Virus record (IMG/VR): IMGVR_UViG_3300044676_005109
Coordinates: 1-42,505 of that record
Direction: 5' to 3' (one strand)
Origin: a virus
Lineage: Duplodnaviria; Caudoviricetes
DNA length: 42,505 bases
How positions within the stretch are numbered: position 1 is the first letter of the stretch; each line of letters starts with the position of its first letter. Under the pieces are notes generated by a model. It was not told where the DNA came from. It was given only the letters and a program-made list of their open reading frames with translations, and ran no database searches. The position numbers and the translations under genes are program-made. Below are positions 27,124 to 35,033 of this stretch, piece after piece.

Positions 27124-27535
27124 TCTCGGGACAAAAGAAATCCACGAACGACACAGCGTCATGATTGAGGGCGGGACTATCCCCCGCGCCAAGGTTATGG
27201 ATCAGTTGATAATCGACAGGCTGTTGATGCAGGGCCGGATAACTCTGGCCCAGCATATGGCTGCGGAGATGTTTCTGGGGCAGGCTGAGAGAGCCTCAGT
27301 CAACGTGAGAGCGCAGAAGTATGACGCCCTACCCGTAGGCAATGGTAGAAAGGATAGCTACAGTAACGGCTACGGTGCGTTCTCTAAGACTATGTCATTG
27401 GTTAAGGGATTACTCAGCATAGAACACGCTAGAGTTTTGTTTGATTGCTTGATCAGTAACAAGCTAGTGGAGGATAACTTTGACAAGCTTTGTGAAAGCT
27501 TAGATGTGATTGTGAATCGGAGACTCACGACATGA
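27104..27535 (+). CDS. hypothetical protein
   Basis: 143 aa, coupled; ID.L...G.IT..Q..AA motif. Confidence 0.7.
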   Translation: MTKSISDLGTKEIHERHSVMIEGGTIPRAKVMDQLIIDRLLMQGRITLAQHMAAEMFLGQAERASVNVRAQKYDALPVGNGRKDSYSNGYGAFSKTMSLVKGLLSIEHARVLFDCLISNKLVEDNFDKLCESLDVIVNRRLTT

Positions 27536-27735
27536 TTTATCGCGGACGCCTAGTCTTTAATGAAAACAAAGATGAAGGTGAGGTGTTGATAGATACTGAT
27601 TTTTTTTATGAGTTGCATCCGACAACACAGTTGGATGTGTTAAGCGATTGGATCTGTTATTTGAAGGATCTTTATAAAGAAATACAGACTGATCCTTATG
27701 AAGAGCGACAGTGTTTATTGCTAGAGAATGACTGA
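27532..27735 (+). CDS. hypothetical protein
   Basis: ATGA overlap with the previous gene, GGAG RBS; LD.L.DWI..L..LY motif. Confidence 0.65.
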   Translation: MIYRGRLVFNENKDEGEVLIDTDFFYELHPTTQLDVLSDWICYLKDLYKEIQTDPYEERQCLLLEND

Positions 27736-27790
27736 CGGCATAGCAATAAACTTAGGCGCTGTCGCACCGCCCTTTGGAGAATGCCGCCAG
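27732..27790 (-). other. stem-loop between convergent operons
   Basis: Minus strand CTGGCGGCAT pairs with ATGCCGTCAG, with inner GGCG/CGCC; no U-tract. Confidence 0.5.
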
Positions 27791-27976
27791 TTAATCTACG
27801 AACGACCGATGACAGCGTGGACACCCAGTGATAACTTCCTTATCGATCTTGGATGAATCTGCTAGATCGAACCCGCAGCTCCAGCAGATACCCCCGGAGG
27901 GAAACAAGGAGTAACCTCCCCATAGGCGTACCTGTTCATCGATCTTATCATCTCTACTCTTCTGTTCGATAGTCAC
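27791..27976 (-). CDS. small Zn-finger protein
   Basis: CWSC...ITGCPRCHRSFVD; GTG start with AGGGGG RBS. Confidence 0.7.
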   Translation of the reverse strand: MTIEQKSRDDKIDEQVRLWGGYSLFPSGGICWSCGFDLADSSKIDKEVITGCPRCHRSFVD

Positions 27977-28208
27977 CAGTTACCCCCTTCTTTTTAGAAT
28001 ACGTTACGAACCCTAGATGAGCCAGCCTCTCTCCGAATCTGACCTCCCAAGTCAGTATTCGGGAGCAGTCATGCTGGTTGGCTTTCATCCTAGCAAATCG
28101 TTCTACCTTTTGCTCAATGTCATCCGACCCCCGGCCCTTAACATTGAAAGCAAACGATCTGTGTCCGCCGTTACTCAGTTCAATCTTAACCTTCGCATTC
28201 CCCATCAT
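27954..28208 (-). CDS. hypothetical protein
   Basis: Part of a tiled minus-strand block; GGGGGT RBS before ATG 28208. Confidence 0.55.
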   Translation of the reverse strand: MMGNAKVKIELSNGGHRSFAFNVKGRGSDDIEQKVERFARMKANQHDCSRILTWEVRFGERLAHLGFVTYSKKKGVTGDYRTEE

Positions 28209-28452
28209 CGATTTGACCCCCGTCAAAATGTTCATCAATTAATTTGTCTACTTCCCGATGCATCTCATCGAGTAATTTGTAGGTCATCATTATTCCAGAC
28301 CACACAAACGCATCTTTGTTCCCGTCGAGGCAGTGTTCTTTTATCCGCCTCATCCTGCGCTCTACCTTTTCAGCCTGATCGTAAAGGTTCCCACGAGCGT
28401 CAGCCTTCCTGCCGTCCTCGACCCTTTGAATTAAATCAACTACGTTAGTCAT
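28186..28452 (-). CDS. hypothetical protein
   Basis: ATG 28452 with AGGGGG RBS; tiled block. Confidence 0.55.
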   Translation of the reverse strand: MTNVVDLIQRVEDGRKADARGNLYDQAEKVERRMRRIKEHCLDGNKDAFVWSGIMMTYKLLDEMHREVDKLIDEHFDGGQIDDGECEG

Positions 28453-28460
28453 ACGACCCC

Positions 28461-28712
28461 CTAGTTTATGGTTACGTTGTCTCTCTCGTGGCGCTTGGCT
28501 TTGATTAGTTCCCGCATCATATCGAACACCCATTCCTCTGGGATGTCAGTGTCTCTGCTGCCGGGAACCCCGGTCACCAATACATCGGTCAGGATCTCTA
28601 CCAGTGCGGCTGACACCGCTGCTCTGGATAAGTCTGACGCCGTCTCATTAAGGGTATCGGTCACTGCCCGCCCCACTATATCCATCTCATCCTGAAAGTT
28701 TTCAAACTTCAT
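28461..28712 (-). CDS. hypothetical protein
   Basis: ATG with AGGGG RBS; tiled block. Confidence 0.6.
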   Translation of the reverse strand: MKFENFQDEMDIVGRAVTDTLNETASDLSRAAVSAALVEILTDVLVTGVPGSRDTDIPEEWVFDMMRELIKAKRHERDNVTIN

Positions 28713-28715
28713 AAC

Positions 28716-28964
28716 TTACCCCTTTGTCTTTTTCCAGATAGCCCAACCCGACTTAACCCTGCTGGATGACGGGCGATGACTCTTTTTATTACTTCGACAC
28801 CAGTTACTGATGTTGCCATACGCTTTTCGGCAGTCCTCGTAGTCTGTAAAAAGAAGGCAATCATTACTGTCAGGCTCCATAGCCTTAAAGTTTTCGACAG
28901 CCTCCGACCTTGTACGACCTGCGGTTTGAATGGACTCGCTTGGATCAATCTCGGTCTTAATCAT
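28716..28964 (-). CDS. hypothetical protein
   Basis: ATG 28964 with GAGG RBS; resembles the 24462 protein. Confidence 0.6.
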   Translation of the reverse strand: MIKTEIDPSESIQTAGRTRSEAVENFKAMEPDSNDCLLFTDYEDCRKAYGNISNWCRSNKKSHRPSSSRVKSGWAIWKKTKG

Positions 28965-29184
28965 CCTCTGTCTCCAAAATATCATTAAGAATTAAACGCC
29001 TAAGTCTTTTGCGATCCTCACCAGTACACTTGCTGGCGATCTTGATATCACTGAGCCTCAGTTTGTAGCTTGACGGTTGCCAATACAGTGCAGCCGGGGG
29101 ATCGGTGACCAGTTGGTACTGGTACACCTTCCCCTCCTCATCTGTGATTGAGAACTGCCAATCGGTTGGCATTGTGCTGCTCAT
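28957..29184 (-). CDS. hypothetical protein
   Basis: ATG with AGGGGGG RBS; tiled block. Confidence 0.6.
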   Translation of the reverse strand: MSSTMPTDWQFSITDEEGKVYQYQLVTDPPAALYWQPSSYKLRLSDIKIASKCTGEDRKRLRRLILNDILETEDD

Positions 29185-29193
29185 GTCACCCCC

Positions 29194-29676
29194 CTAAACG
29201 TGCCGGGAGATGACGTTGAACTCACGCTTGTCATGCTCCGGGTGTTCCGGGTGATGCTTTGCGTAGGTCTCAAGGATGTCCAGCAGATCCTCTTTATGAT
29301 AGGCGTAGTGACCATCATCTATCGGATCTTTATCCAGCCACTCAGGGCAATCGACCCAGTAACTGTAGTCAGTCACTGGTCTACGCCGGGCGTCACAGTA
29401 ATAGCTCTCCAGCACTGTCTTGTCATAGGTCAGGCTGTACTTATCGCAGAGATTCTTAATATCCCGGCGACACTTGGCATCGAGAGCCTTATCTCTCTGC
29501 TTGCGTATATCATCCTGTGCTGACTTTGCTCCCTGCAATTGATACTTGAGCGTGGCGATCCTTTCCTGAGCGGCCTCAATGTCAGCCCGCTGTCGGCGAA
29601 TAGCATCCTCAATGCTGGCTTGCTTGCGCTCCTGCGCGTCGATCTTGCGTTGGTACTTCTCATATAAACTAGTCAT
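29194..29676 (-). CDS. hypothetical coiled-coil protein
   Basis: 160 aa, GGAG RBS, N-terminal heptads. Confidence 0.7.
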   Translation of the reverse strand: MTSLYEKYQRKIDAQERKQASIEDAIRRQRADIEAAQERIATLKYQLQGAKSAQDDIRKQRDKALDAKCRRDIKNLCDKYSLTYDKTVLESYYCDARRRPVTDYSYWVDCPEWLDKDPIDDGHYAYHKEDLLDILETYAKHHPEHPEHDKREFNVISRHV

Positions 29677-29734
29677 ATCTCATCTCCAAAATGATTAATA
29701 GAATGCCCCGTCTCGTGGGGCGGACGGCTGAAGG

Positions 29735-29941
29735 TTACAGCTTTTCAAAGTTTTGTTTCGCAGCCTTACTGAGCGTAGCAATAATGCTACAGTAAGTGTC
29801 GAACTTTCGAGACAGGATGTAACGACTCCTGTCACTGAGAGTCCGGCTGAGATCCCGCTCGATTGATTCCCGAGTTTCGGTAGTGATCAGGATTAACTCA
29901 GCCAGATCCTCGCGGTCCAAGTCTAGATTGACTTTCTTCAT
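29735..29941 (-). CDS. hypothetical protein
   Basis: GGAGG RBS and ATGA overlap. Confidence 0.65.
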   Translation of the reverse strand: MKKVNLDLDREDLAELILITTETRESIERDLSRTLSDRSRYILSRKFDTYCSIIATLSKAAKQNFEKL

Positions 29942-30216
29942 GCGGCCTCCCGCTTATTGTTATACCCCCTCAGAGAGGCTGACAGAACCTCTGTGACGCG
30001 AGTGTGAGCGACAATGAATTGCCTGCTCAGTTTCTTCCTAACCGCCCTCATATCGAGCGTGGGGCGCTCTGTCCGGGACACTACAACGTAGTGCTTAGTC
30101 CCGAAGTATTTGCCCTCACCCTCAGCCTTGAGCAGGTCTATCAACTCCTGCTTCTCGGCATTCAGGGCGGTGATTGCTGCTGATAACTCAGCGATTCTAT
30201 CTACTTGCTTTTCCAT
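29938..30216 (-). CDS. hypothetical protein
   Basis: ATG 30216 with GGGGGT RBS; VD.IA.L.A.I..L...G.GKY.G...R.TLD pattern. Confidence 0.65.
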   Translation of the reverse strand: MEKQVDRIAELSAAITALNAEKQELIDLLKAEGEGKYFGTKHYVVVSRTERPTLDMRAVRKKLSRQFIVAHTRVTEVLSASLRGYNNKREAA

Positions 30217-30233
30217 ATTGACCCCCGTCAAAG

Positions 30234-30437
30234 TTAAAGTGATTCGATTGCATACCGTAGAGATTCTGTTGCAATCTCCCATTGATCTGGCCTTTCGATG
30301 AGGCAGAGATCATAACCTCTGGCGATCAAGTAACTCTCTGCCCATAGCGCACCCATTCCGATTTGATCCTGCTTCAGATACTCCTGCCGATCTGAATGTG
30401 TTGCGGCCTCACCTAGCTCTATAATTTCTTTGTACAT
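30234..30437 (-). CDS. hypothetical protein
   Basis: ATG 30437 with GGAG RBS. Confidence 0.55.
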   Translation of the reverse strand: MYKEIIELGEAATHSDRQEYLKQDQIGMGALWAESYLIARGYDLCLIERPDQWEIATESLRYAIESL

Positions 30438-30476
30438 TTTTGACTCCAAGTTATGCCCCCGTAGGCGGCGTTAATA

Positions 30477-31472
30477 TTAAGCGGCCTGCTCAACCGCATC
30501 ATTAGTGTTAGGTAGCCCGGTCATGAAGTTGCTAGGGTATGAAGTGTTACCCTCTTCATCGACTACAGGCTGGAAGCTGTGCAGGAATGCAGCAGCTTTC
30601 TGAGCCTTGCCAGCAGCCTTGAAGAATAGATTCTCATCATTCTCCAGAGCCTTGATCCAGCTCGCCAGATACTGGGCGTGGTCAGGTGCTGGCGTATGCT
30701 CTATGCCGAGGTCAGCAGTCATGAATATTGCTGTCAACTCAGCGGTGAGTTCCTCGAACGCATAATTCTCAGTGGTGCGCTCATAGATCTCCGGGCGATT
30801 GAGGCGTGACTTGTTGCCCGTCCAGTGGCCCTCCTCATGAAAGAGAGTGCCGTAGTATTTCACCAGCTTTTCTTCTGGAGTATCGCCAATGAAGTCTTCT
30901 GGAGCAGGCATCACAATGTAGTCCGCGATGGGCTTGTAATAAGCCTGCGGGCTTCCGGGCTTGACCCTGATGTCAGCGCCAGTGTTTGCAATGAAGTCTT
31001 CAACATCTTGAAGCCTCTGCAACTCAGTGCGCTCCTCACCTTCAGACACTACAGGCTCAAGGCCGACTTGCTCTGCATTCCAGAGAGCCACTGCCCGGAA
31101 GAACAGCCCGGTCTTCTGGTTACCATTCTTATCCAGCTTGGGCTTACCTTTGCTGTCTTTCAGCTTCGTAGGCATAGGCGTCAGGACATAGGCGGTAGCC
31201 TTCTCACCCTTGGGGACAGGCGTGTCGGTAGACTCCCAGCCCTTGTAGGTTGACCAGCGGGTGTCGGTGAACCCGTGCTCCTCTGCTGCTATCCAGAGTA
31301 GGAACACGTTGCCGCCAGTGTATACGTTGCCGGTGACGCAGTTATGGTGAGCGCCGTTGGCAATCTGTCCAGCCCAAGGCTTGACCCAGCCAGTACCGTG
31401 AGTTTTCATCTGCTCCAGCACCTTGCGGGTGAGGTCAGCGCGAGGGTTGCGTTTAACTTTTGATGTAGCCAT
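30477..31472 (-). CDS. ardC: ArdC-family antirestriction protein (ssDNA-binding domain plus zincin-like domain)
   Basis: W.KPW, N.VTG..Y.G.N..LL, W.TYK.W, KGEK, AYY.P..D.I.MP, YY.TLFHE.GHWTG..RLNR, YAFEEL.AEL, HA.YL.SW. Confidence 0.92.
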   Translation of the reverse strand: MATSKVKRNPRADLTRKVLEQMKTHGTGWVKPWAGQIANGAHHNCVTGNVYTGGNVFLLWIAAEEHGFTDTRWSTYKGWESTDTPVPKGEKATAYVLTPMPTKLKDSKGKPKLDKNGNQKTGLFFRAVALWNAEQVGLEPVVSEGEERTELQRLQDVEDFIANTGADIRVKPGSPQAYYKPIADYIVMPAPEDFIGDTPEEKLVKYYGTLFHEEGHWTGNKSRLNRPEIYERTTENYAFEELTAELTAIFMTADLGIEHTPAPDHAQYLASWIKALENDENLFFKAAGKAQKAAAFLHSFQPVVDEEGNTSYPSNFMTGLPNTNDAVEQAA

Positions 31473-31519
31473 TTTTCTCGTCTCCAAATCAAGAATGTCA
31501 AAGTGTAAAGGTTTGTCAA

Positions 31520-32008
31520 TCAAGCTGCAAGTTTGGCATCACTGCCCCACTTGCAGCCGGTGCGAAAGGTTATGACGCGCACACTGTGCGCTCCAGCAAG
31601 GCCGTTACCGCTGCCCGCTGTGCAGACCCAAGCCGGGGCCAGCTCTTGGCGCTCACTGAGGCCCAGCTTACGCTGTACTGTGGAACGCTTGCCGATGGGA
31701 ATGAAGGCGCGACCGCCAGTGAGGTGCTGATCGCAATCATCAATCAGCCAGACTGACCCGTACTGACCATTGACGATCTTGGCTCTAACGCGAGTGTCGC
31801 CAGAGTACAGCCCGGTGAAGGTATCGAAACCTTCCTGCCTGCAGATTCGGGCCTTCTCTTGGTTCAGGCCAGCGGTAATACCACTGGCCCACTGCGAGAC
31901 AAACCCGTCAGTGTCGCACCGCTCAAATGAGTCGCTGGCTTCCTGAAGGTTTTGAGAGGCAGCAGCCTCATATCGTGCAGCCTCTGCTGCGAAGTCTTTG
32001 ATTTCCAT
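31520..32008 (-). CDS. hypothetical phage early protein
   Basis: 162 aa, GAGG RBS; SFERCDTDGFVSQWA motif. Confidence 0.75.
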   Translation of the reverse strand: MEIKDFAAEAARYEAAASQNLQEASDSFERCDTDGFVSQWASGITAGLNQEKARICRQEGFDTFTGLYSGDTRVRAKIVNGQYGSVWLIDDCDQHLTGGRAFIPIGKRSTVQRKLGLSERQELAPAWVCTAGSGNGLAGAHSVRVITFRTGCKWGSDAKLAA

Positions 32009-32040
32009 AATGATTCCTCGGTTTGTTGATTGAATTAGAT

Positions 32041-32098
32041 GCGGGGATTGAGGCCCGAGACTTACGCCTTTGACGGCTCGGTCAACCTCACGCCCCCG
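32041..32098 (-). other. long interrupted stem-loop upstream of an early gene
   Basis: Nested pairings CGGGG/CCCCG, TGAGG/CCTCA, CCGAG/CTCGG and an inner GCC/GGC hairpin. Confidence 0.6.
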
Positions 32099-32115
32099 AC
32101 TTTAAAGCTTTGCGA

Positions 32116-32349
32116 TTACTCAAGCGCCTCCTCTAGAGACCTGATCAAGTTGACTGCGAACTCGTCAGCTTCAATCAGCCCGGAGAAACAGGAACCCTCA
32201 GCGGTGTCTAGAAAGGCGCTGTGCAGAAAAACCCGGAATGGGCGCTCATAACCCCGGCTGACATCGAATGTCACGGTGACAGTCAGTCCCTTGTCGTTGG
32301 TATATCTGCTGATTTCCTGCGCTTTTGCGCGGTTAGTTTGCTTATCCAT
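32116..32349 (-). CDS. hypothetical protein
   Basis: ATG with AGGGGG RBS. Confidence 0.6.
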   Translation of the reverse strand: MDKQTNRAKAQEISRYTNDKGLTVTVTFDVSRGYERPFRVFLHSAFLDTAEGSCFSGLIEADEFAVNLIRSLEEALE

Positions 32350-32352
32350 TGA

Positions 32353-32559
32353 TTACCCCCTGCAATCGATTGTGATTTGAATGTCTTCCTCCTCAGAGCA
32401 TACGCAACGCTGCACAGCTTCCAAGGCGTCAGATTGAGTGGCGAAAATGTTGCTGAATCGCCCGTTAAAATGGACCGCCCAGCCTGACAGCGGGGCATAG
32501 TGAAAATTAGCCTGATAGTCTGCGTCAGGTCTGGCGCGTGAAATTATTACCTGATTCAT
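32353..32559 (-). CDS. hypothetical protein
   Basis: ATG 32559 with AGGAG RBS. Confidence 0.6.
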   Translation of the reverse strand: MNQVIISRARPDADYQANFHYAPLSGWAVHFNGRFSNIFATQSDALEAVQRCVCSEEEDIQITIDCRG

Positions 32560-32747
32560 GATCGCTCCTGATAGTCGTTTGGAAAGTCTCTGATAAAACT
32601 TTTGATAAGACTTACACGCCACTGCAATTGCTCATCGTTGAGCGAGCTTAAGTATTCACGGTTCATTGTTTGCTTTATTAAATAAACGATGTGATCGTTT
32701 TTTAAGCAATATTCAATAGCAGATTCTCTGTCCATTTTGTGAGCCCC

Positions 32748-32936
32748 TCACAGTATCGGTTGTTTGTTCAGGCGAACGGTCACGCTGTCCGCATTCCATT
32801 TTTTTTCAAACTCTCGCTTGAGCTGTGCCAGCTCTGGAGTACCCGGCTGGTATAGCTTGACGCCAGTGAATTGGCAAAGCTTTGCCCAGCTCAGATATTT
32901 GGTCTTGCCGTTTTTAACGATCTCAAAATCAATCAT
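32748..32936 (-). CDS. hypothetical protein
   Basis: ATG with AGGGGGAG RBS. Confidence 0.6.
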   Translation of the reverse strand: MIDFEIVKNGKTKYLSWAKLCQFTGVKLYQPGTPELAQLKREFEKKWNADSVTVRLNKQPIL

Positions 32937-32945
32937 GTCTCCCCC

Positions 32946-33149
32946 TTACCATCCGGCAACGCAAAAATGACTATTGTTTAAGCAGTATGGCTGAGCATCC
33001 CACCCGATAAAAACTAGGTGATATCTACCCTCGCTGTTCACTGCGACAATCCACTTGAACTCTTCTAAGGCGGCAGGATCAGCCGCTTTGATTGCATTCG
33101 CTTCGGTCTTATAGGTTTTGCAACCCTTTGTGTTTGGAAATAATCTCAT
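32946..33149 (-). CDS. hypothetical protein
   Basis: GGAG RBS; KTYKTEANAIKA...GRY..VF.G pattern of small phage early proteins. Confidence 0.7.
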   Translation of the reverse strand: MRLFPNTKGCKTYKTEANAIKAADPAALEEFKWIVAVNSEGRYHLVFIGWDAQPYCLNNSHFCVAGW

Positions 33150-33194
33150 CTCATTTCTCCGGTTTATTTAAAAAATTTGTTGGTTGTTAATCAT

Positions 33195-33463
33195 CAGATT
33201 TATCGATAGATGCCACTGTCGGCAATGGCATCGACTATAAATCTGTTCGCTCCTCTAGACCGCACGATTGTGAAGTCACCCCGTTGCCAGCCGAAGCTGA
33301 GACTGCTCTAGGCAGTCAGAGGGGCTCTCGCCCCAATCTCAGGAGTCCGACCATATACCGGGACCGTTCGGTTTGCCGCGAACCCTGTCACTTGCGAGAG
33401 GCATAGTCAGCTTCAGCAGTGGGGCCAATCCAATTTGTCGTGCGACTCAGCCAATCCGTTGGC
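33195..33463 (-). ncRNA. putative structured RNA of unknown family (multibranch domain plus a downstream long hairpin)
   Basis: Many nested inverted repeats; G-U pairs and GAGA/UUCG loops are valid on the minus strand; fills an intergenic gap. Confidence 0.65.
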
Positions 33464-33527
33464 CGTCAAACTGTATGCGAACTATAACGACTATAAAGAT
33501 TATTAGACCAGTCAAAATATTAAATTG

Positions 33528-33782
33528 TCACAATTTGTCACAATTGTCCTCATGCCACCGTTCCACTGCCGCATCGATGTCTGCCTGCCACCACTCCAGC
33601 GATACCCGATTGATGCCACCTGTCGGCCCGACAATGCGCGGCGGCTCCGGGGAATCAGCCGGGGCTTCATTTGTCCACGTTGCATAAAAGTAAGTCAGGC
33701 CACAGTCGCTGCCTCTCACTATCTGATAGTCAGGCAGTGCAGCTTGCAGGTAGGCGTTCAGTTGTTTCAGGGTGATTCTCAT
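33528..33782 (-). CDS. hypothetical protein (first gene of the leftward early block)
   Basis: GGAGG RBS before the ATG. Confidence 0.65.
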   Translation of the reverse strand: MRITLKQLNAYLQAALPDYQIVRGSDCGLTYFYATWTNEAPADSPEPPRIVGPTGGINRVSLEWWQADIDAAVERWHEDNCDKL

Positions 33783-33866
33783 ATCAATTCCTCCATTGCT
33801 TCACTTTGATTGACGGGTGAGTCCAGATTTATTCCCAGAAATATCAAAAAAATGTCAGAAATATTG

Positions 33867-33976
33867 TAAGTGTCTGATGTATAAAGATATTTAATTTATA
33901 GTGAGTGACATGACCCCTTTTTTCTGTTCTAAGTATTTGAAATATAAAGGGAATCAGTAAGTCATTGATATTAAAG
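33867..33976. promoter_or_regulatory. three IHF-like sites in an AT-rich tract
   Basis: TAAGTGTCTGATGTATAAAG (33867), TAAGTATTTGAAATATAAAG (33930) and TAAGTCATTGATATTAAAG (33958); the third is an exact match to YAANNNNTTGATW. Confidence 0.6.
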
Positions 33977-34122
33977 GAAATCAACGATATCAATAAATTC
34001 GATGCAGGGTCAGGGGTCAGTCTAAAATCGCTTAGAACGGCTCTCAGGGCTTCTGAAGACTATTGTTTAAAAATTGAACAATGTTGGTTAAAATTTGATC
34101 AATCAACAGTGGAGTGATTCAA

Positions 34123-34593
34123 ATGGGCAAGCCAAGATCAGGATTAACCGATAAGCAAAGGCTATTCGCTATGTGCGTGGGAAGCCGGGGAATGACGTAT
34201 GCAGACGGCTACCGGGAAGCGTATGACTGTGACGATATGTCTGCAGCATCTATTAGGAGGGAAGCCAGCAAGCTTATGGCGAACCCCGACATAACCTCTA
34301 TGGTGAACAGGCTAATAGCCGCTAAGGAGGGGCAGATACAAGCATCTGCCGTCTCTGACAGAGAGAAAGTCCTGAGTAAGCTCCGGGGCTGGATGGAATC
34401 CGCTGAGGGCGCCGATGCAATGAAGATCAGGTCAGCCGAGCTGCTGGGCAAGTCGGTTGGCCTATTCAAGGATGTAGTCGAACAAAAGAGCACTGCAAAC
34501 TCTGCTGAAGTGGAGGCCAAGCTGCAGGCCAAGCTTGAACAACTGTTGGCAAGCGAACAGGATCAGCCTAGTGAGGCAAGTGATCTGCATTAG
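34123..34593 (+). CDS. terS: terminase small subunit
   Basis: LT.KQ..FA, AY, A.KL..NP.I HTH region and R..ELLGK..GLF; GGAG RBS before ATG 34123. Confidence 0.85.
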   Translation: MGKPRSGLTDKQRLFAMCVGSRGMTYADGYREAYDCDDMSAASIRREASKLMANPDITSMVNRLIAAKEGQIQASAVSDREKVLSKLRGWMESAEGADAMKIRSAELLGKSVGLFKDVVEQKSTANSAEVEAKLQAKLEQLLASEQDQPSEASDLH

Positions 34594-34605
34594 TCTATTG
34601 TGATA

Positions 34606-34754
34606 CCTGACACCTTTAACATAATTGACATGACCCTTCCTTAGTAATAGTCCTGACCCCTTTCATATGTGTGACATGACCCTTACATAATAATACACAT
34701 GACACCTTCTATGTGTGCAACATGACCCCCCTTAAATAATACACTTGACCCCCG
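34606..34754 (+). repeat. seven direct repeats C[ACT]TGAC[AC]CC-like at an exact 23-bp period
   Basis: TGAC at 34608, 34631, 34654, 34677, 34700, 34723 and 34746, with variable AT-rich spacers. Confidence 0.9.
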
Positions 34755-34892
34755 TGACAGGTGTCACACTTTGATACCCCTCCCCCCCTTGACAGGTTGG
34801 CCGGGTATATATGCTATATACATAGTGATCCACTCAAATAATTCCCTAGTTTTGACGCCACCCCCACCCTAATTTCTGGGAATGCCTAATGA

Positions 34893-34905
34893 AATCAATA
34901 ACTTG
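34893..34905 (+). promoter_or_regulatory. IHF consensus site
   Basis: AATCAATAACTTG matches WATCAANNNNTTR exactly. Confidence 0.6.
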
Positions 34906-35033
34906 CGTCGCGGTTGGTCAAAATTTGTACAGAAAAAGGGGTAGGAATCCTAGTACCCCCAAAAATTTTGCAAAAAAAGTTGACCTTGCCCTTGTCAATA
35001 TGCAAAATATGTTAAAATTTCTTACAGTTGTGT

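Noticed and set aside
33185-33245. Hammerhead ribozyme (CTGATGA after the hairpin on the minus strand)
   Set aside because: No stem II followed by GAAA in the required arrangement.
33355-33390. c-di-GMP-I riboswitch (GGCAAACC on the minus strand)
   Set aside because: The following GNRA stem and GCAAAG-type second stem are absent.
33373-33809. Plus-strand ORFs 33373-33687 and 33525-33809
   Set aside because: They are antisense to a gene with a strong RBS and overlap the structured element; their composition is not protein-like.
34606-34754. 23-bp periodic array as a mini-CRISPR
   Set aside because: The core is only about 9 bp and degenerate, spacers are about 13 bp, and no cas operon is present. 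The Cas4-like nuclease belongs to the recombination operon.
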